A stretch of 63,332 bases of DNA, the filler included, from Octopus bimaculoides (Eukaryota): NCBI RefSeq assembly GCF_001194135.2. It is 5 parts of 4 records of this genome, joined end to end, with 100 filler letters (N's around TTAATTAATTAA, not from the genome) between each part and the next. Parts side by side here need not be neighbours in the genome. Positions count along the whole stretch, not along the records: positions 1 to 18,714 come from NC_068981.1; 4 more parts are not named here. One strand, 5' to 3'. A program made the translations under genes and the position numbers. Below the pieces are notes generated by a model, which ran no database searches, was not told the origin of the DNA, and saw only the letters and a program-made list of their open reading frames with translations. Each line of letters begins with the position of its first letter. The stretch's first letter is position 1. Below, in pieces: positions 1-11,222 of this stretch.

Positions 1-1184
1 TAGTTTGTTTACATAAAATCAAACACGAACTATTATAGTTCTTAAATTTGACAGAAATCGGGAGGCTGACTCGCTGGTGTATAGGTAATACAATTAGTTG
101 CATTAACAAAGGGATGTCGGTTCGACTCCTACGCAGACAAGAAAGCCTTTTTTTCTGTCGAGGGCTTATATGCCCCTTTATTAGACTATTTTCGTTAGTC
201 ATTGCACGGTAATCACCATAATCGTTAAGTTTATATTTAAAAAAACCATTATTATTATTTACAAGATTGTGAACAGTGGTGCTCCAGCATAGCTGAAGCT
301 TGTGAGCTGAAACTAGTTAAAGATATCTAAAACTAGATCGATTTGACTTGTGGTACCACGTGGGTATATTCTAAAGTCTGCCATACCAGTAAACTCACAA
401 ATTCATCTCTGATAATTTTAACTTGTGACAGTATCTCTGGAAAATTTCATTTTATTAAAAAATATTAATGTAACAAATTCCATCAGGGAAAGGGTGGAAT
501 ACTCATAAAAGTAATTTTTGTTCAACATAATTCTGATCTACTTCATCAAAATGTACAAGGAAACAAAGTAGAGATGTGTGAACTCTCCCATCCGCGGTTT
601 TTAAAAAAAAATTAAACTCTGACATAATTGTAATATATAGATAGCATCTGACACGTATTTGTCTAAAATTTCATAGGGAAATACCAATTTTTCAGAAAGT
701 TATGAAGAAATAAATTCGAATGGGAGATGACACACTTTTGTAATTATTGCAAGATTGATTTGCAGATAATGATGCCATTATTATTATATGGATGCCATCA
801 GCCATATGTCAAACCCAGCTATTCTGTGTGATGTACAGTGTCCACAGAGACTAAACTACCAATTGAAGTACAAGACTATATGAAGTGTGTCAAGGTACTG
901 GCTTCGTGAGATGAGATTGTTCTAGTCGCTAGATAAAATCTTGGAATGGCAAAGAGCATCACAAGAGTATCAACTCAACAATAATAGAAGATATACAGGG
1001 TGGTCTAAAAGTTTTGTTACCCCCTACATATTGTTTATTATTGTCATTATTTTTTTGTTTTAGCACCCTACCCACCCACATGTAATGATTTGGGCCGCCT
1101 ATCAAGTAAGCACTTGATAGGACCCTATTTCTTCGAGGGCATTGTTAACCAGCAAACTTACTTGACCATGTTAAGGGAGCGGTT

Positions 1185-1254
1185 AATTATTTACATTTGA
1201 CGGCGTCTTGGGGAAATTTCAAACCTGGGTTCTCATTCCTAAGGTATTTCTCGA

Positions 1255-1325
<71 letters not shown>

Positions 1326-1452
1326 TCACTGCTTGGAATCGAACTCGGAATCTTGAGGTTAGTAGCCCGCGCTCTTAACCACTGTCATATGCCTGTCAAA
1401 TGTAAATAATGTAAACAATGTACGTAATTCCTCATCTCTTAAATATAGACCT
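1185..1452 (-). mobile_element. tRNA-head/Penelope-tail SINE (SINE-H) copy 1, HHR deleted, with inverted 3' tail
   Basis: Minus-strand tRNA head about 1321-1393, (ATT)n 1255-1320, body 1202-1255. 16-bp inverted repeat 1186-1201/1395-1410. TSD GGGAGYGGTT 1175-1184/1453-1462. Confidence 0.8.
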
Positions 1453-1782
1453 GGGAGTGGTTTGTTCCACAGCTCCAGAGGTTGAATGTTGACCTGAATG
1501 ATTGTTGGTTTCAACAAAATGGTGCCCCACCCCACTATGCTAATCAGTCGGGAAAAATCTAAATGAAAATTTTCGGGACGGATGGACAGAGAGTGGGTCG
1601 CAACAGCTTCTAGCACCTGTCGATTATCCTCGCAGAAGTCCAGACCTCACGTCTTACGATAACGTCCCGTGGGGTATCATCAAGGAGAGAGTTTCACAAG
1701 AACGACACCAGAAGACCCATCAGTTGAAGGAGGCCGTTCGGAGAGCCTTTGCAAAAATCACCAAAGCACAACTTCGAAAGAT

Positions 1783-2224
1783 CTTTTCTACTCTAGACAC
1801 AAAGCCCGAAATTTTGCGGGGAGGGGGCCAGTCGATTAGACCGATCTCAGTACGCAACTGGTGCTTAATTTATCGACCCCGAACGAAAGAATGAAAGGCA
1901 AAGTCGACCTCGGCGGAATTTGAACTCAGAACGTGAAGACAAACGAAATATCGCTAAGCATTTCGCCCGGCGTGCTAACGTTTCTGCCAGCTCGCCGCCT
2001 TTAAATATTCTTTTCTACTCTAGACACAACGCCCGAAATTTTTGGGGAGGGGGCCAGTCGATTAGATCGACCCCAGTACGCAACTGGTGCTTAATTTATC
2101 GACCCCGAAAGGATGAAAGGCAAAGTCGACTTCAGCGGAATTTGAACTCAGAGCGTAACGGCAGACGAAATACCGCTAAGCATTTCGTCCGGCGTGCTAA
2201 CGTTTCGGCCAGCTCGCCGCCTTA
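1783..2224 (-). mobile_element. SINE-A tandem dimer
   Basis: Two head-to-tail copies of the GGCGAGCTGGCAGAAACGTTAGC...GTCGACTTTGCCTTTCATCCTTTCGGGGTCGATAAATTAAGTACCAG family. Flanked by a duplicated CA(A/G)CTTCGAAA inside the mariner. Confidence 0.9.
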
Positions 2225-3519
2225 CAGCTTCGAAAAATATCACACAAGACATGGTTGCTGCATCATTTTGTGCTACGAAAATGATGGCGTTCATACAGAC
2301 CTCGATGTGTGACAGCATCAATGAAAGTGAATAATCTAAACGCAGTTCGTGCTTTGGAATACTGCATTACTTCTTGTTCTACTGTTCTCATTACTCTTTA
2401 GTAGTGGTAACAAGACTTTCGGACCGACCTCTACAATAGCCCATCAAATAACTCATTCATTTTCTATGTCGTTGTTAATGCTTTTCATCTTATGGAATTA
2501 TTCAGACGAGTGCCTCATATAATATTGTAAGAAATAATAACAAAGATGAATTTCAAACTTGTCACAATACATTTTTTTAAAGAATGCTTTTGCTTATAAT
2601 AAAGTCACTTTAATAAGACCTTAATTATCTAATGGCGATAAAGAGACCTTAACGAATATATTCAAGTTATGAAGAAAGTCAAAGTTCTCTTAAATAAAAA
2701 GTAGAATAGTGAACTAGCTAGTGAATACGTTTGTTGGTGAAGGCAAACAGACATTCAGGCGCTATGTCTAATTGTTTTATGCAATATAATTATAGGAATC
2801 TGTTTCGGTTTGTATATCTGTTCTAATAAAACAAGGACAAGTAGTCGAACTACAACAGTCACATCATGACTATTTATTCTCACCCTTGTTTGTAAGATGT
2901 CTCGTGTAACTAAAAAATTAATCAAAACTTACCGTCTGCTTGTCTCATCCGTGTTGTCAGTTTGGTTTTATTGAAGATATATTAGGTGTGCTGCAAAGTT
3001 AAATCAAAGAAAAGCCAGACAACACACTTCGTATGTCTTCGTTGGTCTTCGATTTGCTTTCTCTTCTGAGTACTTTCCCTTGTCAATTTCTCACACTTAT
3101 ACCAAAGTAACCACTTTCCTTTCATATATCGTTTTATTCTTTTAATAATCAGCTGCTCTTTAACCTCGTTATGTTCGACATTTCATGTAAGCTAACGTTG
3201 TACGTTAATACATAGCATTCATACAATTTCTTTGCAGCTTTAGTAAATTTTTATTAAATTCCATCTTTCTCTTGGAAACATCTATATTCAGTTTACTTGA
3301 ACATAAATATGTCTATATCACACTGAAAACGCTGGTTCTCGTCCAATTATCGACGTTAAACAACGTGGAAACATTTTTTCTTACATGAACTCAAGACAAG
3401 CAAGGTCAGTAAGTCACTTCTGGGTAGAGGATTAGAAGATCCTAGATAGTACTTAAAAGGGGATGCTTGGGCAACATAAATGCTGTGTGTGTGTTCTCTG
3501 TTGATCCCTAGGGATCATC

Positions 3520-3738
3520 AGGCTGGTTATCTGGTTCCCAGATAACGAGGTCTCAACACGCTCCCTAAACAGGACATCGGTCCATTGTATGGTCACTAAT
3601 TTACTGCTGAGTGGACTGGAGGAACGTGAAATGAAGTGTTTTGCTCAAGAACACAACGCATTGCTCGGTCTGAAAATCGAAACCGTGATCTTATGATCGG
3701 GAATATCGCTCTAACCACTTGGTCACGTGCCTTCACCT
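3520..3738 (-). mobile_element. CORE-like tRNA SINE (SINE-E)
   Basis: Reverse complement of GTGAAGGCACGTG...GTTGTGTTCTTGAGCAAAACACTTCATTTCACGTT. Related copies at 6730-7030(+), 13985-14310(-), 25010-25245(-) and 44690-44880(-). Confidence 0.75.
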
Positions 3739-4348
3739 AGATGTTGTAGGCAACTTTTAAAACGAGCAAACAAGGAAGCCGTTGCGTTGTTGCTCGACCT
3801 GCTAGAAATAGCAATTTGTTCTCTCTAAAACAACACACTTCCTAACGTCTTTAAATGAAAATAATTGCCTGAATAAAAGTCGGGTTGGTTACAATTTGAA
3901 TACTTGTAATCATAAATCATGTCTTCTCAATGAGGGGCTGAAATGAGTGGAGATAACAACTGCAACAACAACGTCTCACAATATTCCTGGTATCGCCTCA
4001 ACTGAACACTTTTACCACGGTCTCACAACATTTATCAAATTTTAACCAATAGTTGCTAATCCTGGAAATTTTATGTATCTAACATCAGTGAAACTTTCAG
4101 CCATGTCTTGTTCAAGAATTTTCAAGCAGAGACGTACATCAACGGATTCCATCATCCTTTGCTTATCAAACAACGCTGTTTCAAAATACGTCGCCATGAT
4201 CTCTTGGTCTCAGATTCCATCAACACTGTTGCACTTCATGATTTAATTGCCTCAACCCACTTCTGTACATTAATGTCCTGATTATCATTATTACTTTTAA
4301 TTAAATTACATTTATTAAAATCAGTTTCTTATGACGGCTTGTTATTAA

Positions 4349-4639
4349 CCCATTACCTCCCATAATTCTATTAACTGGAATTTTTTTTATGAAACTTTGA
4401 TTTCTAGCATAAAACAGCCTTAGAAACACACTGGAATGATCAAAATAACATTTCAAAATAACATTTTAAATATAAATAAGCGAGATATTGGGTGAAAAAT
4501 TAGCAAACCTCATTTGAATATCAGAGAAATATACCTAGTAGATATAGAAAAAAAGTTAGATATGTGTAAATATTGACAGATAATTACGAAATTTGTAAGT
4601 TTTAAGTGATCTCATATGAGATCACTGGTAGGTAATGGG
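4349..4639. mobile_element. piggyBac-like MITE
   Basis: TTAA|CCCATTACCT...AGGTAATGGG|TTAA. Perfect 22-bp internal palindrome 4605-4626. A truncated, inverted second copy lies at about 59000-59161. Confidence 0.8.
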
Positions 4640-4656
4640 TTAAATATACGGCCAAG

Positions 4657-4868
4657 TCAGCGAACTGGCAGAATCGTTAATGTGCCGGACAAAATGTTTA
4701 GGAGCATTTCGTCCGTCTTTACGATATGAGCTCAAATTCCGTCGAGGCCGATTTTACTTTTCATCTTCTCGGGGTCGATGAAATAAGTATCAGCGGAGCA
4801 CTGGGGTTGATATAATCGACTTGCCCCACCTCTAAAATTGCTGGCTTTGTGTCAAAATTTGAAATCAT
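4657..4868 (+). mobile_element. SINE-A copy
   Basis: Family consensus match, diverged. Confidence 0.8.
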
Positions 4869-5121
4869 TAAATATACCGCCCGGTGGACATGAAAATCGC
4901 AATTCTATAACTGAATTTAAATTTAATGGTTTTGAATTTACTTTCAGTATTGGATCTTCTATCAATAAATGTTCAATTATTATTCTTAAACCAATAACCT
5001 TAAATTTACTCTTAATTAAAATACATCTTCACAGTTAATACAACTCTTCTTCCGTCAGTGACATACTGTTTCTTATGTGACGTTATCAAGGAAAATATCC
5101 AACACAGCAGATATTCTGTAA

Positions 5122-5358
5122 TTCTTATTTCTTTATTGCCCACAAGGGGCTAAACATAGAAGGGACAAACAAGGACAGACAAAGGGATTAAGTCGATTAC
5201 ATCGATCCCAGTTCGTAACTGGTACTTAATTTATCAACCCCGAAAGGATGAAAGGCAAAGTCGACTTCGGCGGAATTTGAACTCAGAACCTAACGGCAGG
5301 CGAAATACCGCTAAGCATTTCGCCCGGCGTGCTAACGATTCTGCCAGCTCGCCGCCTT
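5122..5358 (-). mobile_element. SINE-A variant with alternative 3' tail (...GGGCAATAAAGAAATAAGAA)
   Basis: Near-intact copy; the same tail variant occurs at 16692-16927. Confidence 0.85.
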
Positions 5359-6729
5359 ATTCTGTAATTCTATGAACAAAATTGGAACCTGGAGTGCATC
5401 TTTCAAGAAGAATAAAGCCATTTAGCCTCGTTCCACCCTTCTTTCTCATTAAATTCACACAACTGCAACTATCACAAACTTTATAAATGCATACTACACC
5501 TCTAATGATCTTTTATCCTCCACCGCAACCATATTTGTAGCTATAACTATATTTTTATGGCTCGGAATATACTTCAGTGAATTATTGCGGGCTCTCTGCG
5601 GCGATACAAGCGCAACCTTCAACTCAGATATTAGTGTATATAACACACATGCATATATCGTTGATAGAAAGTGATTCGGTAAAGGACCAACATGTTAAAA
5701 TCCTAAAATGCACTCAAGTTTATAGAATGTGTTTTGTAGGGATCCCATTGATTCATGCCGAGACAAAGCTGTCTGATAAGAACAGTATAAGAGATAAGAA
5801 ATATTTGTTGTTCCAGTTGTTATTTCACCGATGTCAGTCTTTATTGCGAAAATCTATCTGTCTATTAGTTATGCAGCTGTAGTGTTTCTAGGACCACATT
5901 TACTAGGGTGACAACACTCTATAAGACGACAAAGTGTAATATATTGGAGAAATATTTGGTTGGTAAGTTTAGCAGGTTGATAGGTCACTCAGAGGATTTA
6001 TACATGGTTCTAGAAGCAATTATTTAAATGACCAGCAACAACAAAGAAATTGGAAAGACGATACTACATTGGCTAGGATAGTGTGTATGTAAGAAGGTTC
6101 CAGATATAAGTGTTTACGTAGATGTAAGAAATATCAGAAGGCAATGTTTGTTTTTTTTTTATACGAATGAACATCACAATTTATTCCGTGGTCTCACATA
6201 AAGTAGTAGGCAAAAGGCAATTTGTAGCGAGACGAGTTAATTTCTTAATAAACGTAAAGGTAGTTAGCTCCGGTACTTGGCTGCAAGTCTAAAATATCCA
6301 ATGAGTTTTGTAGTGGTTGTGAAGGGAGGTAGAAATCCTATAGTTGTATGAATGCTGTTTTCTGATGGCATTAATTCGACAAAGTATTGTCGTCTGGACA
6401 AACAGCTAATATCTTTACATCTTGATGTCTTCTCAGCAACTGATTATTGCTTTTCAAAACTCGTGCTTCACCGCTGGGTTACATGTATCCTTCCACGGCC
6501 AGCAGTGATACGATGTTTTGGGCGTAGTAGAACAACTGTGCTATGCCACCACAACGAAATAGTGCTAACATGTCTCGCTACAGACCAACGATCAGCATCA
6601 ATTGACAGGTTCTCTTTGGGATCGAATCGTGATATAAATCCGCTGCGACGTTCATGGTTATGCTGAATATCTGAAAGGCTGGTGGAATGTAAATGTTGCT
6701 GAATGGAAACGAGATATAACAGAAGAAAG

Positions 6730-7030
6730 TGGAGGCGCAATGACCCGGTCATAGATATTGCGAGTTCGATTCCCAGTGGCGTGATACGTCCTTGATCAAG
6801 ACGTTTTTTTATTTCACATTGCTCCAGTCCACTCAGCTGGCAAAAGCGAGTTGTATCTGTACTTAGAATGGCCAGCATTGTGATATTCTGTGTCACGCTA
6901 AATCAACCTGAAAACAACGTTAAGGTTACGCATGTCTGTGGAGTACTCAGCCACTTGCATGTTAATTTCACGAGCAAACTGTTCCGTTGATCGGATCAAC
7001 TGGAATACTCATCGTCGTAACTGACAGAGG
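6730..7030 (+). mobile_element. SINE-E head/CORE joined to SINE-B-type 3' half
   Basis: GGAGGCGCAATG head, CORE-like segment, then GTCACGCTAAAT...GTGGAGTACTCAGCCACTTGCATGTTAATTTCACGAGC tail. Confidence 0.75.
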
Positions 7031-7150
7031 GCCGGTTTAATTTTCATTAGCATCACATTTGGAAGAATTAAAATTTTTCTAAGCAGAGGACATGTAAGAC
7101 AGGGAATATAGGGGTGAGATGGTCTCAGTGGTGTTGCAGGGGATTTAGGT

Positions 7151-7848
7151 ACCCGGGACGTAAAATTTTTTCCACGAGAGTTCCGGACCCCAGTAATGAA
7201 CTCATTTGCATACAGCCAGTCAGAGCTCACCTTAAAAATCCACATACTGTGTATTGGCACAGTACAGCCAGGCAGGCATAGAATGGTGTATGTCACTCTG
7301 TGAGTACAGCATAGCAGGTTTCACATAAGCACCACATTCCCCCCACCACCATCCTCATAGATCAATTGAGCCCCATTTCTATATGGAGCTAAACATTAGG
7401 TACCTATGCACAGACTGAGATTAGAGATACTGCATGTACCCATGTACCCAAGGAGGGCACAATACGACACAACGCCATATTGATTACGATGTCTCCAGAT
7501 CAACACCAACATTTTAAATTAGGAATGTACAAAACCAGTCAAAAAAATTAGGAAACTACACTCATTTGCATTTTCTAGTAAATTACGCAAATTAGCAACA
7601 CTTATGGCATCATCGGTGAGCAGCCCTCCATTCACTTTATACACTAAATTTCACATTTGTCATCCCTATTAACCCGTTTAGAACAGTTCGATTTTGCTAT
7701 AACGCACATTTTTCACTGAACTCAATCAGAGTATTTTCGTGACTCGGTGGACACTAGTTTGATAATTGCACTCTGATTGGCTGTATGCAAATGAGTTCAT
7801 AACTGGGATCCGGAATTCTCGTGGGAAAAAATTTCACACCCGGGACGT
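7151..7848. mobile_element. Non-autonomous foldback element/MITE with about 75-bp TIRs
   Basis: 7151-7226 is the imperfect reverse complement of 7770-7848. Each arm carries ATTTGCAT/ATGCAAAT and a CCA(A/G)TCAG motif. Confidence 0.75.
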
Positions 7849-7887
7849 GGTGAGAAAAACATTTTTGATGTCCCCTGCTTACTTAAT

Positions 7888-8100
7888 TGGCTTCAAATTT
7901 TGACACAAGGCCAGCAATTTCGAGGGAGGGGATGAAATCGATTACATCGGCACCAATGCTTAACTTACTTATTTTATCGATCCCAAACGGCTGAAAAGCA
8001 AAGTCGACACCGGCGGCATTTGAACTTAGAAAGTAAAGACGGACGAAATGCCGTTAAGCATTTTATGCCCGGCGCAGTAACGATTCGGTTAGCTCGCCAC
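7888..8100 (-). mobile_element. SINE-A copy
   Basis: Family consensus match. Confidence 0.8.
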
Positions 8101-9494
8101 CAAACTGGGGAATTTAATATTCCTATAAAAGCATCGAATATGCAACCTAGATTCTAAGACTAAAACTCTACTTCCTTTTGTCAATTTATCAACGAGGAAT
8201 GACAATTCTACCTTTAGAGGATTGGAACTCGGAATCATTGGACAACGAAGAGTTGCTAAGTATTTCTTACACAGATCCAGTTAAAACAAGATCTCTTCAC
8301 TTACGCAAATGTGATGGTGGGAGATAAGATATAGTCCTTATATTTTATCATCCACCACTATTTTTAATTTCACATTTCGTATGTAAAGGAAAAAAGTTGT
8401 TTTTACAAAATCGATTCGTCGAGATTCAATATTTTTACGTATTTCTTATTTTAATAAAACAGCCATTTCGTGTTATTTTGTAACAAACAATAATTTATTT
8501 TAACGTTAAAAGTCTTACAACATATTTCTCTTACATGTATTTTAGTTTTTTTTTCTTCTTCTTAAAAATCAATAATTTAATAAATATTCATGTTTTTTTT
8601 TATTTAATTTCCCGTCATTTTACGCAATTGGTTTACCGACATTAACAATACTTCCGGCACATGTTTTCTTAAGAAATATTTAAATTATTTAAGCGTTAAT
8701 ATACCAAGCAGAAATCAAACAAATTACGTTAGTGTTCATTTTAACTCAATTAAAATAATTTCAGTCGTACAAAACACTTTTCTATACAAAACTTCTCTAC
8801 GGATGTTTCAGTAATTAAAATAGAAATAATTTCAAGTTGATAAAAATCTCACCACCTCTTCTTATCTTTAACCCTTGTCATAGCTTTTAAACCCAGCTTG
8901 AAGATTACATTTTTATAATTACCGTTATTGACATGCATCGATTATTCCTATTTTCCGGATATTCCACTCGAAAATAGTTATATGCAGATGTTTATTTTTA
9001 CTCTCGTTTTTTTTTTTTGTAATTATGCTTATTTTTATTCATTATTATTTTTGTTTTTTCCGAGAGTAAAAAATGAAGAATCATATATTTTATAAAATAG
9101 TTCAAAATTTAAAATAATTTCGGTCGGAAATTGTCAATTAAACCAATCCTATATTTTCCCATTTGGGGGCAACTTGGCATAAAGTGTTAGCATAAAACCG
9201 GAAGTGTTCTTTTTTTCTTTTATAAAACATATAAATCCAATTATTTTAATATATTAGAACTATGCAAACTGTTAAAGCCTCATTACACGTCACTTCCGTC
9301 TCATGCAGCATTTGCAACAAGAAAGCATTTAGATATTCGGAGGAGAACACAGCAAGTTGATTTTTTTTTTTTTGTCTCCCGGCAAATCAACTTTCAGAAA
9401 TCTTCTATTAATTCTTCTATGGATTAATTTTTGCCAACAAAATCTCGGATTCCGGATTTTTTATCACTTCGAGATTCGATTTTAGCAAAAGTAA

Positions 9495-10000
9495 TCAGGA
9501 ATTTTCTTCGTCCACAAAATTATAAAGTTCTTTCGGTTTCCTTGCGTTGTCGTACGGTAACTCTGGCAGTTCGATATGTTCCGCTGGACTCATCGAATCA
9601 GCAGATAGTCCAACACTGTTACAATACATCGTTGACACACTCATCGATTTCGTTGATGTCGATGGTGTTACTCCGTCGTCGACAATACTCTCGACTTGGT
9701 CGTCGCCTGAAGCCGGCTTCTTTTTTAGTAGCGCTACGAGACCCATAAACTTGAAAAACGGACGTCTCGTTTTCGTGTGTCGCGCTTGGTGCGTCTCTTC
9801 CGAGTTTGATTCTTGGTTGACGATTACATGAAATGGCCTGGGACCTGTTCGAGAGTAAACCATACTGGACCCTTGTCGATCCTTTTTATCTTTCCGCTTT
9901 TTATGGTAGTTGTAGAAGTCAATTGGAAGACACACCATGAAAAAGAGCACCATACAACCGATAATAAGGAAGACGATATGTTCATTGCCGAAGGTAATAC
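9495..10000 (-). CDS. Terminal coding exon of an uncharacterised membrane protein (TM helix plus about 140-aa cytoplasmic tail)
   Basis: Acceptor TTTTCTTTTTCTTCGCAG|GT (phase 1). Open frame of 168 codons to the stop at 9495. IVFLIIGCMVLFFMVCLPI followed by the basic stop-transfer HKKRKDKK. Non-repetitive, coding-like composition. Confidence 0.75.
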
Positions 10001-10049
10001 CTGCGAAGAAAAAGAAAAACAAATAAAACAAATTTACAAAATGTGTTTT

Positions 10050-10331
10050 ATCGATATTAATGAATATAATACGTTTTAACAAATTAGAATAAATTATGAA
10101 TATAATACGTTTTAATAAATTAGAATAAATTGTGAATATAATACGTTTTAATAAATTAGAATAAATTATGAATATAATACGTTTTAATAAATTAGAATAA
10201 ATTGTGAATATAATACGTTTTAATAAATTAGAATAAATTACCGATATTAATGTATATAATACGTTTTACTAAATTAGAATAAATTACCGATATTAATGAA
10301 TATAATACGTTTTAATAAATTAGAATAAATT
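10050..10331. repeat. Minisatellite, 7 units of 36/46 bp
   Basis: Unit ATGAATATAATACGTTTTAATAAATTAGAATAAATT, three of them preceded by A(C/T)CGATATTA. Confidence 0.95.
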
Positions 10332-10507
10332 GGTATTTTTTAAAAATCCTTCTCATTGTCAGAATCCTATACAACTTTTCTACTTTGATGTAGTTTTGGA
10401 TGCTGAAGACGAAAATCACATTCATTTTGTCTCGAAATTAATCATAAAAATTACAATTCTTAGAGATTGATATTTTAGTTTGTCGGAAATCTCCATTGCC
10501 AACATAC

Positions 10508-10568
10508 AGGAAGTCGCAATTTCTGTTTCCAAGGGAACAGCATTAACATTATTATCTGTTGCTATCAT
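10508..10568 (-). CDS. Candidate upstream exon (MIATDNNVNAVPLETEIATS), phase-1 donor compatible with the 9495-10000 exon
   Basis: TCCT|GTATGT donor at 10507 and in-frame ATG at 10568. No good acceptor. Confidence 0.3.
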
Positions 10569-10854
10569 AACCAAAATAATAACCACTTGTCATCTGTTTA
10601 CTGTTTCTAGCCAGATTCCTTGAACAAGTCCCAACTTTGTTTTTATTTATTTATTTATTAAATACAATGTTTTTATTTTTTTTTTAATTAGCGCTTCAAG
10701 AGTGAATTTCTTAAATTTGTGGAACGGTACAAAGTCAGAGAATAAGGGTTAAGATTAGGATTAGAGTTAAGGTCAGCATTAAGGTTAGTGTTAAATTTAG
10801 GAGTAGTATGAATGTATACTTAAAGGTTCTGTAACAAATTAATGTATATTTATT

Positions 10855-11222
10855 TATGTCAGTGGCACGTAAAAAGCATCATTCGTGTGTGGTTGATGCC
10901 TGTGCCGGCTGACTGGCTCCCGTGTCGCTGGCACGAAAAAAGCACTATTCGAGCGTGATCGTTGCCAGTGCCGCCTGACTGGCTCCCGTGCCAGTGACAC
11001 GTAAAAAGCACCCATTATACTCTCGGAGTGGTTGGCGTTAGGAAGGGCATCCAGCTGCAGAAACTTTGCCAGATCAGACTGGAGCCTGGTGCAGCTTTCT
11101 GGTTTGCCAGTCCTCAGTCAAACCATCCAACCCATGCCAGCATGGAAGGCGGACGTTAAACGACGACGACGACGACGATGACGATGACGACGACGACGAT
11201 GATGATGATGATGATGATGATG
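10855..11222 (+). mobile_element. RTE-clade LINE/SINE 3' end with (GAC/GAT)n tail
   Basis: GTTGGCGTTAGGAAGGGCATCCAGC...CATGCCAGCATGGAAGGCGGACGTTAAACGACGATGATG. Other copies at 12128-12268(+), 19612-19760(-) and 63100-63332(-). Confidence 0.8.

Larger units (their letters stand above)
996..2431 (+). mobile_element. Tc1/mariner (ITm) DNA transposon remnant, internally deleted, with two nested insertions
   Basis: TA|CAGGGTGGTCTAAAAGTTTTGTTACC left TIR; matching right TIR GGTAACAAGACTTTCGGACCGACCTC|TA (2406-2431). Broken transposase: VMIWAA..IGPYFFEG, WFQQNGAPPH, YPRRSPDLTSYD..WGIIKERV, CIILCYENDGVHTDLDV* (stop 2312). Confidence 0.9.

Noticed and set aside
6400-6720. Possible GPCR TM2-TM3 pseudogene on the minus strand (NVAADL...C..SLLAVEGY)
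   Set aside because: There are in-frame stops, the Cys-to-DRY spacing is 21 rather than about 25, and no other helices are seen.
10050-10331. Array of 36-bp repeats resembling CRISPR
   Set aside because: The units are contiguous with no unique spacers, the context is eukaryotic, and there are no cas genes.
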